DNA of 31,230 nt from a virus (Duplodnaviria; Heunggongvirae; Uroviricota; Caudoviricetes). Each line of letters starts with the position of its first letter. Position 1 is the first letter of the stretch. Positions 9,298 through 17,457 of this stretch are shown in pieces. A model generated the notes under the pieces. It worked only from the letters and a program-made list of their open reading frames with translations. It ran no database searches and was not told the DNA's origin. The stretch is taken from the IMG/VR virus record IMGVR_UViG_2526164634_000010, positions 1-31,230 of that record, one strand, 5' to 3'. The translations under genes and the position numbers were made by a program.

Positions 9298-9323
9298 TTT
9301 AACCGGGCGTCTATGAAGTAGGG

Positions 9324-9872
9324 TTAAATTAGTGCTTCAGCATCAGCACCTTCGCTGATATCGTCGAAATCGTCAGCGCTTGCCACTCCGCCGCCAGCGA
9401 ATGCATCGCCGTCTCGCAGGAACTGGACTCCGCCGAGTGAGGCATTAATGCGTTTACCGAAATTATTGTCCTGTGCCCAGATATCGATAACGGCGTTTAC
9501 ATAGCACCCTGCATAGGGACGTCCGTCAGCCTGAATAAGTGGCGAACGATCGCGATCAAGAACAGCTGGGCGCGCTTTGTTAGCAGCATTCAGGAAGAAA
9601 TTACCGGGGAAGCCTTCATACTCTGCTTTTTCATCACCATCATGCAGGCACAGATTGAGTTTTTTCTCCAGCTGGTTATAAATGGGCTCCCACTTCTCTC
9701 CCCATTTTTCCTTCGCTACCTGCTTCATAGCTTTACGGATTTCTTCCAGTTGTGGGTGTTTGGGAGACATTAAAAATACTGCGGAGAAACGCGGATCGCC
9801 TTCGCCGTTTACAGTTTTAGCTTCAAACAGAGACGGGAAGGCCAGACGAACATTGTTCAGCTTCAGTTTCAT
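9324..9872 (-). CDS. DUF2815-like phage protein (possible ssDNA-binding role)
   Basis: 182 aa; position next to a DUF2800-like nuclease and family A polymerase matches a recurrent phage replication module; family assignment from memory, not searched. Confidence 0.5.
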   Translation of the reverse strand: MKLKLNNVRLAFPSLFEAKTVNGEGDPRFSAVFLMSPKHPQLEEIRKAMKQVAKEKWGEKWEPIYNQLEKKLNLCLHDGDEKAEYEGFPGNFFLNAANKARPAVLDRDRSPLIQADGRPYAGCYVNAVIDIWAQDNNFGKRINASLGGVQFLRDGDAFAGGGVASADDFDDISEGADAEALI

Positions 9873-9887
9873 GGGTATTTCCTTAAA

Positions 9888-11189
9888 TCAGATGAGGTCT
9901 GCGGTTAGCGTATCGTCGGATACGTCGTCGAAATCATTTACAGGGTTGATATTGAGTGCGGGGCGTGGGTCTGACTCGGGAATGACGGTTGGTTTACCAT
10001 CAGCTCGTGTTATCAGTGCCTCGACTTTTGACCAACGGCGTGGACTGGCCTTTTTGATAAGTTTTTCGGCTTTTGTGGGACTAATAAGTTTAAAGTCGAA
10101 TACTTCTTCAGTTTTGTACCTGAACTGGTCCTTCAGAAGTGCGCGAGCTGCCTCTTCATCACTCCAGGCCCGGTTACCTTGTTTTCCTGTTACCAGTTTA
10201 AACCCCGGTACCGGATGTCCGGCATTGAGTTCATTGTGAACCCGGTCCCGTACTGCCTTTAGCCAGGATTCAATAAAGTCGGCCTGGCTATAGATCTCCG
10301 CAAGCTGCTCAATGGTTAACAGAGGTACACGTGCGCTGGCATTGGTGATTATTTCGCTGACAGGCTTTGTCAGATCTTCAAAATCGCTGGCCGCTGTTTG
10401 TAAATGCTGCATTTTCTGGGCAGTGCAAATAGCTTTTGCTTTACAGAAGCGGCACTGTTTTTCTCCAGGTATGAAGTTTTCCAGCGGTAGTGTCTCAATG
10501 CCTTCGCATTCAGCAATATTGAGAACAAGGATCGCACTGGTTGCGGCCTCCTGTGCCCGTTCACCGAAAGACTGAAGTTCCTGTACGGTTAACGACCATT
10601 CTGAAACGTGGTTGAGCCTTGGCTGGTGAATAAATAATCTTACAGTCTCAAAGTCATACAGCATGCTGAATTGTTCGAGCGCACCCAGAGCATACAGTTG
10701 TAGTTGCTCATTTTGTTCTGCATCAATGCGGACGCCTTTGCCATATTTCAGGTCGTGGATTTGTAATTCGTTACCAGCGATGATTATGCCGTCGGCAGTT
10801 CCGAAAGATTCTTCCACCCCCGTTATATGTGAGAAATCAACACGTTGTTCAACCAATAGTTCATTATTCTGTGCAAGAGTCCAGACCGTATCAACATACC
10901 GGCCAACGGCTTCGACCATTTCATCATCCACCTGTGGGCCAGATGTATCATCAGGATTTTCGCGAAGGGGGTATGAGCCGAGAAACATAGAAACATTGCA
11001 TCCGGCGTAGTGTTCCGGGTGGCTTTGCCTGTTTCGTAGAACTTTTTCAGCAAGCGCGTGCGCTGCAGTGCCCTCGATTGCAAAAGTTGTTTCTTTATCC
11101 GGTTGTGTGGCCTCCAGCGCCAGACTTCCTGGGCAGCGCATCCATCGATGCGCTGATGATGGAGAAAGTTGTGCATGAACGTCTGGCAT
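9888..11189 (-). CDS. DUF2800-like PD-(D/E)xK nuclease with C-terminal Cys cluster (Cas4/RecB-like)
   Basis: 433 aa; N-terminal [15 protein letters not shown] signature; Cys cluster [10 protein letters not shown]. Confidence 0.65.
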   Translation of the reverse strand: MPDVHAQLSPSSAHRWMRCPGSLALEATQPDKETTFAIEGTAAHALAEKVLRNRQSHPEHYAGCNVSMFLGSYPLRENPDDTSGPQVDDEMVEAVGRYVDTVWTLAQNNELLVEQRVDFSHITGVEESFGTADGIIIAGNELQIHDLKYGKGVRIDAEQNEQLQLYALGALEQFSMLYDFETVRLFIHQPRLNHVSEWSLTVQELQSFGERAQEAATSAILVLNIAECEGIETLPLENFIPGEKQCRFCKAKAICTAQKMQHLQTAASDFEDLTKPVSEIITNASARVPLLTIEQLAEIYSQADFIESWLKAVRDRVHNELNAGHPVPGFKLVTGKQGNRAWSDEEAARALLKDQFRYKTEEVFDFKLISPTKAEKLIKKASPRRWSKVEALITRADGKPTVIPESDPRPALNINPVNDFDDVSDDTLTADLI

Positions 11190-11191
11190 GA

Positions 11192-12094
11192 TTAACCCTC
11201 CAGTGCTTTTTCAGCCAGGGTGATTACTTCAGCGAGATTTTCATCCGTTACTTCACCAAGTTTCCTGGCTCCCTGTTTTTCCAGAATTGCAATAGCTTCT
11301 GCCCGGTAACCCCCTTTTGCTAACTGGAGGATCAACCCTTCAGCTTGTTTGCGTAGTGCCGCGAAATCAATTGTATGGTCATCTTTGGCGTCATTATTCT
11401 GGCTGGAATTTGCTGCGTCTCTGCGTGCAAATTCTTCCTGCAGCTGAAGGTACTCAACACGGTTGATCTCGATATGGCCTTTTTTAAGCATCTCGTTCAA
11501 CTTGCGTAAGGTGTGGAGTTCACTGGCTGCTGTGCCGGATACATTTTTGACGTAAAACGGCCCCGTGCGTTCTCCATCTTTGTTACTGGCCTTTTTCGGC
11601 TTAACTTCATCACGCCCATCTGCAGGTGCATCAAGTAGTTGCTCGGCAAAAGCACGTCGCTCGCCGATGGTTGGCAGGTCGTCCCAGAACTTAAGAATGT
11701 TACGGGACAGGTCCAGAAGAGCGGGTTTATGCAGTGCCCTGGCTCGTTTGACGCCCTGCAATGCGCTGTCGAGAGGATCAATCTGAACTACTCGTTTATC
11801 GCCTTCAGCATCACGGTAGGCAACAGCACGTTGCAGCATGTCTTCTGTGATAGGGGTGGCTACCGGGTAGAAACCAGCCAGTGCGATAACGTCGCTGAAC
11901 TCCAGATCATCCAGTGTCATTGCCGCTGACATATTTTCAGTTTCAGTTGCTGTATCCCGACATTCCTGCACTCGTGAAATCGTGTCAGGATGCATAACAA
12001 TACCTGATGCCATTGTGCGGATAAGACGTTCAAGCAGCGCATTATGTTGTGCCAGAAGTTGATTATTAAGTTCGAGACTGGTTTCTAAACTCAT
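11192..12094 (-). CDS. hypothetical phage early protein
   Basis: 300-aa ORF in the leftward operon; acidic/Lys-rich central region; no family recognised; start overlaps stop of upstream small ORF. Confidence 0.55.
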   Translation of the reverse strand: MSLETSLELNNQLLAQHNALLERLIRTMASGIVMHPDTISRVQECRDTATETENMSAAMTLDDLEFSDVIALAGFYPVATPITEDMLQRAVAYRDAEGDKRVVQIDPLDSALQGVKRARALHKPALLDLSRNILKFWDDLPTIGERRAFAEQLLDAPADGRDEVKPKKASNKDGERTGPFYVKNVSGTAASELHTLRKLNEMLKKGHIEINRVEYLQLQEEFARRDAANSSQNNDAKDDHTIDFAALRKQAEGLILQLAKGGYRAEAIAILEKQGARKLGEVTDENLAEVITLAEKALEG

Positions 12095-12240
12095 ACTGTG
12101 GTCCTCGCAACAAGGAGAATGAAAGTGATGATCAGACCGAGCGCAGTGGCAACGGCCAGACCGGTCATCAAATCGAAGTTTTTACGGCGATAACGGAGAA
12201 CATCGCGCCCCGTCAGTCGATAGAGGTGTTCAGGTTTCAT
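12091..12240 (-). CDS. small membrane peptide (49 aa), translationally coupled to the downstream gene
   Basis: Manual read: ATG at 12240 (AAGGA upstream), [52 protein letters not shown] overlapping the next ATG; basic N-terminus plus one C-terminal hydrophobic helix; below the ORF-track cutoff. Confidence 0.4.
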   Translation of the reverse strand: MKPEHLYRLTGRDVLRYRRKNFDLMTGLAVATALGLIITFILLVARTTV

Positions 12241-12299
12241 CGGTTGTATTCCTTTTTTCATATCGGGGAGCGCGCTGTTGCGAGTGCGCTTTCAGACAT

Positions 12300-12326
12300 A
12301 AAAAAGCCCGTCACTTGCGGCGGGCA
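12300..12326 (-). terminator. intrinsic terminator after the first pL-proximal gene
   Basis: Minus-strand RNA GCCCG...CGGGC stem followed by UUUUUU. Confidence 0.5.
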
Positions 12327-12356
12327 AAGACTACACACAGCAATTACATGGATGAT

Positions 12357-12551
12357 TCAGTTGGTATTGTGCGTACGTGGTACCACAAGGTTGAAGCGGA
12401 CACGCCAGTGCGTTGCAATGGTATGCAGGAAAGCACCACATCCAGGGCAGTGCTCATAACATTCGTTGATTTGGTATCGTTTTGGCTTTGGTGTCTGAAG
12501 CTGTGTTTGGCAAGCAGGGCATTCACCTTTGAGCGGTTTATATGTTTTCAC
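12357..12551 (-). CDS. small zinc-ribbon protein, first gene of the leftward early transcript
   Basis: 64 aa with GTG start and GAGGAA RBS; CPAC...CPGC motif; Lys/Arg-rich; followed directly by a terminator. Confidence 0.5.
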   Translation of the reverse strand: MKTYKPLKGECPACQTQLQTPKPKRYQINECYEHCPGCGAFLHTIATHWRVRFNLVVPRTHNTN

Positions 12552-12718
12552 GCCGTTTCCTCATTCAGTTCACTTTGGTGGTTCGGCGGCTTCGACTTGT
12601 ATCAGTAGGCAGTGCTTCGCCGCACCCCAAAGGGAACTTACTGACCCGTATTGCCGACATCCTGTCCCGCCACGGTCCCGACGCATGGTTTAGAGTCGCG
12701 CCGTTCGACTTGTGGCTA

Positions 12719-12747
12719 AAGATACAATTTGAGTTGTATTGTGTAAA
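12719..12747 (-). promoter_or_regulatory. candidate leftward early promoter (pL-like): TTTACA-N17-TATCTT with operator-like GTTGTATT motif
   Basis: -35 (12747-12742) and -10 (12724-12719) read on the minus strand; the GTTGTATT motif at 12733-12740 also occurs twice in the cI-cro intergenic region. Confidence 0.35.
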
Positions 12748-12832
12748 CCGCAAACGTGGTATTTTGTGGGGTGTGAATACTACTTTATTGATATTTAAGT
12801 GAATTTAATTTGTAAGACTTTACAAATGGGGT

Positions 12833-12854
12833 AAGGGAGGCTGTTACGCCTCCC
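12833..12854 (-). terminator. hairpin 3' of the cI-like gene
   Basis: Perfect 7-bp stem gggaggc/gcctccc with 6-nt loop directly after the repressor stop; weak U-rich tail on the minus strand. Confidence 0.35.
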
Positions 12855-12873
12855 GATATTTACGGTGGGAATA

Positions 12874-13497
12874 CTAACGTTTACGGCGGTAAATACGGTG
12901 TTCGATCATTACACCTATGATCTGTAAGTTCATATCTGCACTACGAAAAATAGGGTAATCAGGATTTAGGGGGATTAATTCAAAGTCGTCGATGCCGATT
13001 CCTAATGGACGGTATTTTTTAAATGTAGCTTCGTGACCGTCGTTTTTGGCGACAACAAACTCCCCTGGTGCAGGACATAGATCAGGATCGATGATAACAA
13101 TGTCTCCTTCTTTAAACTCTGGTTGCATGCTGTCGCCATCAATACGTAATGCGAAGCATGTTTCTGGAATGTCAGAGTCTGCCAAAATATATTCAAATTC
13201 CCCTGTCAGATCTGTTATGTCTCTTGCTTCTGTAAGCTCTCCTGCCTGAACGTAACTTAATATAGGTATGCGTCTGGTACTTATCTCCGCGAGAGGCATA
13301 ATATTTTTACCGTTCAGTAGCCAGTCTGGGCTACATTTCAAGGCCTTAGCCAGATCCAGAAGATTGCGTGGCTTTCTGGTTCGTCCACTTTCGATGGATT
13401 CTATGGATTGTTGGCTAACCCCTGCAGAATTCGCTACTTCCACTTGAGTCATTCCTAATTCCAAACGACGTGCTTTAAAACGGGCTGCGAGAGACAT
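12874..13497 (-). CDS. CI-like repressor (N-terminal HTH + C-terminal S24 LexA-like peptidase domain)
   Basis: HTH MTQVEVANSAGVSQQSIESIESG; S24-type C-terminal region (FALRIDGDSMQPEFKEGDIVIIDP); start set at ATG 13497 with AAGGA RBS rather than the longer track ORF. Confidence 0.85.
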   Translation of the reverse strand: MSLAARFKARRLELGMTQVEVANSAGVSQQSIESIESGRTRKPRNLLDLAKALKCSPDWLLNGKNIMPLAEISTRRIPILSYVQAGELTEARDITDLTGEFEYILADSDIPETCFALRIDGDSMQPEFKEGDIVIIDPDLCPAPGEFVVAKNDGHEATFKKYRPLGIGIDDFELIPLNPDYPIFRSADMNLQIIGVMIEHRIYRRKR

Positions 13498-13617
13498 GGG
13501 ATTAGTCCTTCTGGGTTGTATTAATGTGTATACCCACATTAAAAACAATTTTTGTTGTATTTGACAAACCTCATTTGTTGTTGCTAAATACCACTAAAAT
13601 TGTATGAGGTGAAAGCA
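13498..13617. promoter_or_regulatory. divergent immunity promoter/operator region
   Basis: TTGACA at 13561-13566, 17-bp spacer, -10-like ctaaat; repeated GTTGTATT/TTGTTG motifs; lies between divergent repressor and cro-like genes. Confidence 0.5.
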
Positions 13618-13830
13618 ATGACCTTAGCGACCCGAGTAAAAGAACGACGTAAAGAACTCAAAATGACGCAAGTTACGTTGGCTGAGCTCACAGGAGTGAG
13701 CCAGCAGGCAATAAACAGAATTGAAAGTGGTGTTATTGCTCGGCCACGTTATCTTCTTGAAATGTCTATAGCATTGGATTGCGACCCTAATTGGCTGTTG
13801 TATGGCTCACAAAACGATAAAAAGGCTTAA
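13618..13830 (+). CDS. Cro-like HTH regulator
   Basis: 70 aa from ATG 13618 (GAGGTG RBS); HTH MTQVTLAELTGVSQQAINRIESG; divergent from the repressor. Confidence 0.75.
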   Translation: MTLATRVKERRKELKMTQVTLAELTGVSQQAINRIESGVIARPRYLLEMSIALDCDPNWLLYGSQNDKKA

Positions 13831-13833
13831 CCC

Positions 13834-16026
13834 ATGTCCGATAGCAAACCATGGGGAGCTACGCCTGATGAGTGGTTTCATTTCGACCTGGTATTGGGGA
13901 GAACTGATCATCTTCTCCCAGTTGTATGTAACCCCGGTGCGACCATATCCCCTGATAGTAAACTGAAAGCGCTGGGTAAGACGCCAAGTCGCTATAACCG
14001 GGACCGCCAGGTCACCGGTATTGCTCAATGGACCGGGTATGTTGTTACTGAGCATGATTTTGCCCGCTGGTCGAATGAACCGGATTATGGCATCTGCGTG
14101 CGTACAGGCCATGGCTGGCTGGCGCTGGACTGCGATAGCGAAGATGAAGACATTCAGGCAGATATTCGCAAAACGCTTGTGCAACTTCTGGGGGAGTTGC
14201 CGCCGCGACGCTGGCGAGCAAACAGTAATAAGTGTCTGTATCTGCTGGCCGTTGATGGTGATTTCTGTAAGCGTATCCATCGCCTGGCGGGGGATATGGG
14301 CATTATCGAGTTGCTGGCGAACGGGCAGCAGTTCGTTGCCTGTGGTACGCACAGCAGCGGCGCGCGTATTGAATGGGACGGTGGTTTGCCGGATGAACCT
14401 CCGGCTATTACTGGTGAGCAGCTTGAAACGCTGTGGCAGCGCCTGGCTGAACAACTCCCTGTGTCGGTAACCACCGAAGCGGGCAACACGAAGATGCGCG
14501 ACCGATCAGCATTCACGCCCGGCGCGACGGATGATACAGCTGAATATCTTGATGCCAATGGCTGGACGCTGCTGGATGGCGCAAATGGTGAACGATATAT
14601 CCGCTGTCCGTTTGAAGACGGCCACAGTAGCGGGGGCGATCCAACAAGCACAGCTTATTTTCCTGCGGGAACCGCGGGCTTTGAGCAGGGGCATTTTAAA
14701 TGCCTGCATGCCAGTTGTGCGCATCGTGATGACGGAGATTTCCTTAATGCCATCGGGATCCGCAACGACGATTTCGAAGATCTGACCAGCACCGAAGTGG
14801 CGGAACCTTTACCGCTGCCTGCTTTCGAGCGTGATAAATGGGGGCGTATCGAGGCAACCATCAGCAACGCAGCCAAAGCAGTAGTACGCCCTGATTTTGT
14901 GGACATCGATATTCGCTTTGACCAGTTCCGCGACGAAATCATGTTTGCCTCTGCAGGATCCGGACAATGGCGAGCATTCACCGATGCGGATTATGCGCGC
15001 CTGCGCATCACGATGGAAAAGCGGGGATTTAAACCTGTTGGTCGTGAACTTATTCGCGATGTGGTGTTACTTGCAGCCGATGAACAACCATTCGATTCAG
15101 CGATTACCTGGCTGAACGGGCTGGAGTGGGATGGCGTGCCGCGCATCGAATGTTTCTACCATACGCACTTCGGTACAGCCGACACGCCTTATACCCGTGC
15201 GGTGTCTATGTACATGTGGACCGCGTTGGCGGGGCGAGTACTGGAGCCAGGCATCAAAGCGGATATGGTGCCGATCCTCGTTGGTCCGCAGGGCTGCGGT
15301 AAGTCTTCCGGAGTGGAGGCACTGAGCCCTGATCCTGCGTTTTTTACTGAAATCTCTTTTGCCGAAAAAGACGATGATCTCGCTCGAAAAATGCGTGGTC
15401 GGCTGGTGGCAGAGATTGGTGAACTGCGCGGACTTAATACCAAAGAGCTGGAGTCAATCAAAGCGTTTGTGACGCGTACTCACGAAAACTGGATCCCGAA
15501 ATACCGGGAGTTCGCCACCCAGTTTCCTCGTCGCCTGGTGTTCGTTGGTACCACCAATGAGGACGAATTCCTTGCGGACAAGACTGGTAACCGTCGCTGG
15601 CTCCCCGTGGAAGTGTCGAAAGTCGACGTGAAAGCGATAAAAAGAGATCTCCTTTTACTTTGGGCTGAGGCTCGTGAGGTGTTTCAGCGTCTGGGGGGTA
15701 TCCAGTTCCGTGAGGCTGAACAACTGGCAGCGAGTGTCCATGAACAGTACACCATCAAGGATGCTTGGCTTGAAACGGTAGAGAAATGGCTCGACACGCC
15801 AGACCTGATGACTAATGAACTTCCGCGAAATTGCGAATTTTTACGCGCAAGTGATGTTTTGCGTGATGCGATTGGGCTAAATCCTGACCGCATCGGAAAA
15901 CGCGAAGAAATGCGAATTAGTAATGTTTTGCAAAATTGCGGGTATAAGCGTGCCCAAAGGCGAATTGGGGGGAAAATGACTCGAATTTTTGAGGCGGTGT
16001 CCCAACCTGTACCAGCCTCAAAATAG
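13834..16026 (+). CDS. replication protein: primase-polymerase N-terminal domain + P-loop NTPase (VirE/D5-like)
   Basis: 730 aa; Walker A VGPQGCGKS; Cys/His-rich segment CPFEDGHSSGG...HFKCLHASCAH; directly downstream of cro. Confidence 0.8.
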   Translation: MSDSKPWGATPDEWFHFDLVLGRTDHLLPVVCNPGATISPDSKLKALGKTPSRYNRDRQVTGIAQWTGYVVTEHDFARWSNEPDYGICVRTGHGWLALDCDSEDEDIQADIRKTLVQLLGELPPRRWRANSNKCLYLLAVDGDFCKRIHRLAGDMGIIELLANGQQFVACGTHSSGARIEWDGGLPDEPPAITGEQLETLWQRLAEQLPVSVTTEAGNTKMRDRSAFTPGATDDTAEYLDANGWTLLDGANGERYIRCPFEDGHSSGGDPTSTAYFPAGTAGFEQGHFKCLHASCAHRDDGDFLNAIGIRNDDFEDLTSTEVAEPLPLPAFERDKWGRIEATISNAAKAVVRPDFVDIDIRFDQFRDEIMFASAGSGQWRAFTDADYARLRITMEKRGFKPVGRELIRDVVLLAADEQPFDSAITWLNGLEWDGVPRIECFYHTHFGTADTPYTRAVSMYMWTALAGRVLEPGIKADMVPILVGPQGCGKSSGVEALSPDPAFFTEISFAEKDDDLARKMRGRLVAEIGELRGLNTKELESIKAFVTRTHENWIPKYREFATQFPRRLVFVGTTNEDEFLADKTGNRRWLPVEVSKVDVKAIKRDLLLLWAEAREVFQRLGGIQFREAEQLAASVHEQYTIKDAWLETVEKWLDTPDLMTNELPRNCEFLRASDVLRDAIGLNPDRIGKREEMRISNVLQNCGYKRAQRRIGGKMTRIFEAVSQPVPASK

Positions 16027-16027
16027 A

Positions 16028-16182
16028 GGTTGGTACATTTTAACTAATTGAATTTAAAGGTCAGTACCAACTGTACCATCTGTACCAACCTAATTACTAA
16101 GAACCCCATATATATATATAAGTCGCTTGGGGAAAAGGTTTGAAAAGAGCTGGTACAGGTGGGTACAGATTGGTACAGGCCG
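16028..16182. repeat. iteron cluster, candidate phage replication origin
   Basis: GTACCA at 16064, 16073, 16082 (9-bp spacing) and inverted TGGTACAG/GGGTACAG at 16151, 16161, 16171 (10-bp spacing) flank a (TA)7 tract at 16108-16121; a further tggtaca at 16031; immediately downstream of the primase gene. Confidence 0.5.
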
Positions 16183-16307
16183 AACAAGGAATTTTTTGCA
16201 CATAACAGCGTGTAATAAGCGAATCGGAACTGCGTTATCCACACCCACGGATAAACAGACGTGGTTCTCAGAAAATTTTTTCGTAGCAAAACGTAGAGGT
16301 CAGAGCT

Positions 16308-16730
16308 ATGCGTAATATTCAACAGGTTTTAGAGCGCTGGGGTGGCTGGGCAGCGAGTGAAGGTGGTAGCGTCTACTTTCCTCCTGTTGCAGCCGGGTTT
16401 AAGAATCTGCTACCCGCGACGCAGTCTGGAAGGCTGAAATGCAGTGACAATGACGGTCTTATCATCAACTCCGCTATGAGCTGCCTGAAGAAAAAAGATC
16501 CGTATCTGTGCACGCTCCTTGAGTGGCATTACGTCCAGGCCATGCCCGTGCGGGCGATGGGTGAGAAGCTCGGCGTATCTCACACCCACGTTCTGAAGAG
16601 GCTTCAGGCGGCAGAGGGATTTATTGACGGTTGCTTAGCCATGCTGGATGTGGTGCTCGAAATGGATCAGTCGGTTCAGTCAAAGCCTCAGGCTATCAGG
16701 ACTTTGCGTAGGAGCTGCTCGGCGGCATAA
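16308..16730 (+). CDS. Q-type late antiterminator (phage 82/QuuD-like)
   Basis: 140 aa; N-terminus MRNIQQVLERWGGWAA, AAGFK and RLQAAEGFIDG segments resemble remembered Q82-family sequences; located upstream of the lysis cassette. Confidence 0.7.
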   Translation: MRNIQQVLERWGGWAASEGGSVYFPPVAAGFKNLLPATQSGRLKCSDNDGLIINSAMSCLKKKDPYLCTLLEWHYVQAMPVRAMGEKLGVSHTHVLKRLQAAEGFIDGCLAMLDVVLEMDQSVQSKPQAIRTLRRSCSAA

Positions 16731-16761
16731 TATCCAGCAATCAATCACGTAAGGGAACCAG

Positions 16762-17102
16762 ATGGCTCTGATCAGCGTTCGCAACAGATTTGAAAGCTTC
16801 ATGGAACAGAGGTACCCAGACCTGTCGTTGCAGGTCAAAGGTAATATTGGCGCATCAATGAAGGCTCAACTTGGCATCGGATTGAACGAGAATTGTACAG
16901 TGAAGATGTTACTTACTGTGATTCAGCAGTTCAGTTGATGTGGACACTCTTTCAGGCAGGTGTTCTGGCCGAACGAAGAGCTACCAGCGTTACGCTTCCT
17001 GCGCTGAAGGCAAAGCCGGATAGCTTCTACGATGCGGGTTATAACGAAGGTATTCAGGACTGTCGTAAACATCTGACGGCATCAGGCATCAAGGTAAGAT
17101 AA
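16762..17102 (+). pseudogene. two overlapping short ORFs in different frames (possible frameshifted moron)
   Basis: Frame 1 ATG 16762 to TGA 16938 (58 aa); frame 0 open from 16845 to 17102 (track ORF 16893-17102, TTG start; internal ATG at 16937); no family recognised. Confidence 0.25.
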
Positions 17103-17169
17103 AAAATAGTTGTGGAATTCCAAAAAGCCGATTAGCCTGATATCTGTTGAAAACAGTTCATCACGAAGA

Positions 17170-17193
17170 GGCTTCCGCAAGGGGGCCTTTTTT
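17170..17193 (+). terminator. intrinsic terminator (possible tR'-like terminator of the Q-proximal transcript)
   Basis: 7-bp stem GGCUUCC/GGGGGCC (two G-U pairs) with GCAA loop followed by TTTTTT at 17188-17193. Confidence 0.45.
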
Positions 17194-17418
17194 ATTGCCC
17201 CATTCTGGGGAAAAGCTAATAAAACAGGGCTTTCGCTGCGAAAAAACGCTATGCAGTTTTTGCCCTTTTTTATGCACCTTTTATTCACTCGAATTTCGTC
17301 ATTCTGGACCACTTAAGTTGATTAAATAGGCCTTTCATCGCAAATCTATTGCGAGCGGGGATCGTGTGGTTCCTATAACGTACATTATGTTAAATAACTT
17401 CCTTTTTTAACAAATTTA

Positions 17419-17427
17419 ACAAGGTTC
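17419..17427. repeat. target-site duplication, left copy (acaaggttc)
   Basis: Identical 9-mer directly abutting both IS termini; IS66 usually gives 8 bp, so the ninth base may be coincidental. Confidence 0.7.
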
Positions 17428-17457
17428 GTAAGCGGCTCGCCAGAACCGTATTGATAT

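Noticed and set aside
12590-12725. Possible tRNA or tRNA fragment suggested by the twice-occurring ttcgacttgt motif (T-loop-like TTCGA) and a nearby ACCACCA on the minus strand
   Set aside because: I could not build an acceptor stem, D-arm or anticodon arm around either motif by eye; it more likely belongs to the early-left leader. tRNAscan or Infernal would settle it.
14021-15461. Several 60-165-aa ORFs antisense to or off-frame within the primase gene
   Set aside because: They are nested in a strongly supported 730-aa coding region, with Arg/Ser/Ala-rich composition typical of spurious frames.
16028-16182. Clustered short repeats considered as a possible CRISPR array
   Set aside because: Repeat units are only 6-8 bp, present in both orientations with 9-10-bp spacing around an AT tract; this is iteron/origin architecture, not a repeat-spacer array, and no cas genes are present.
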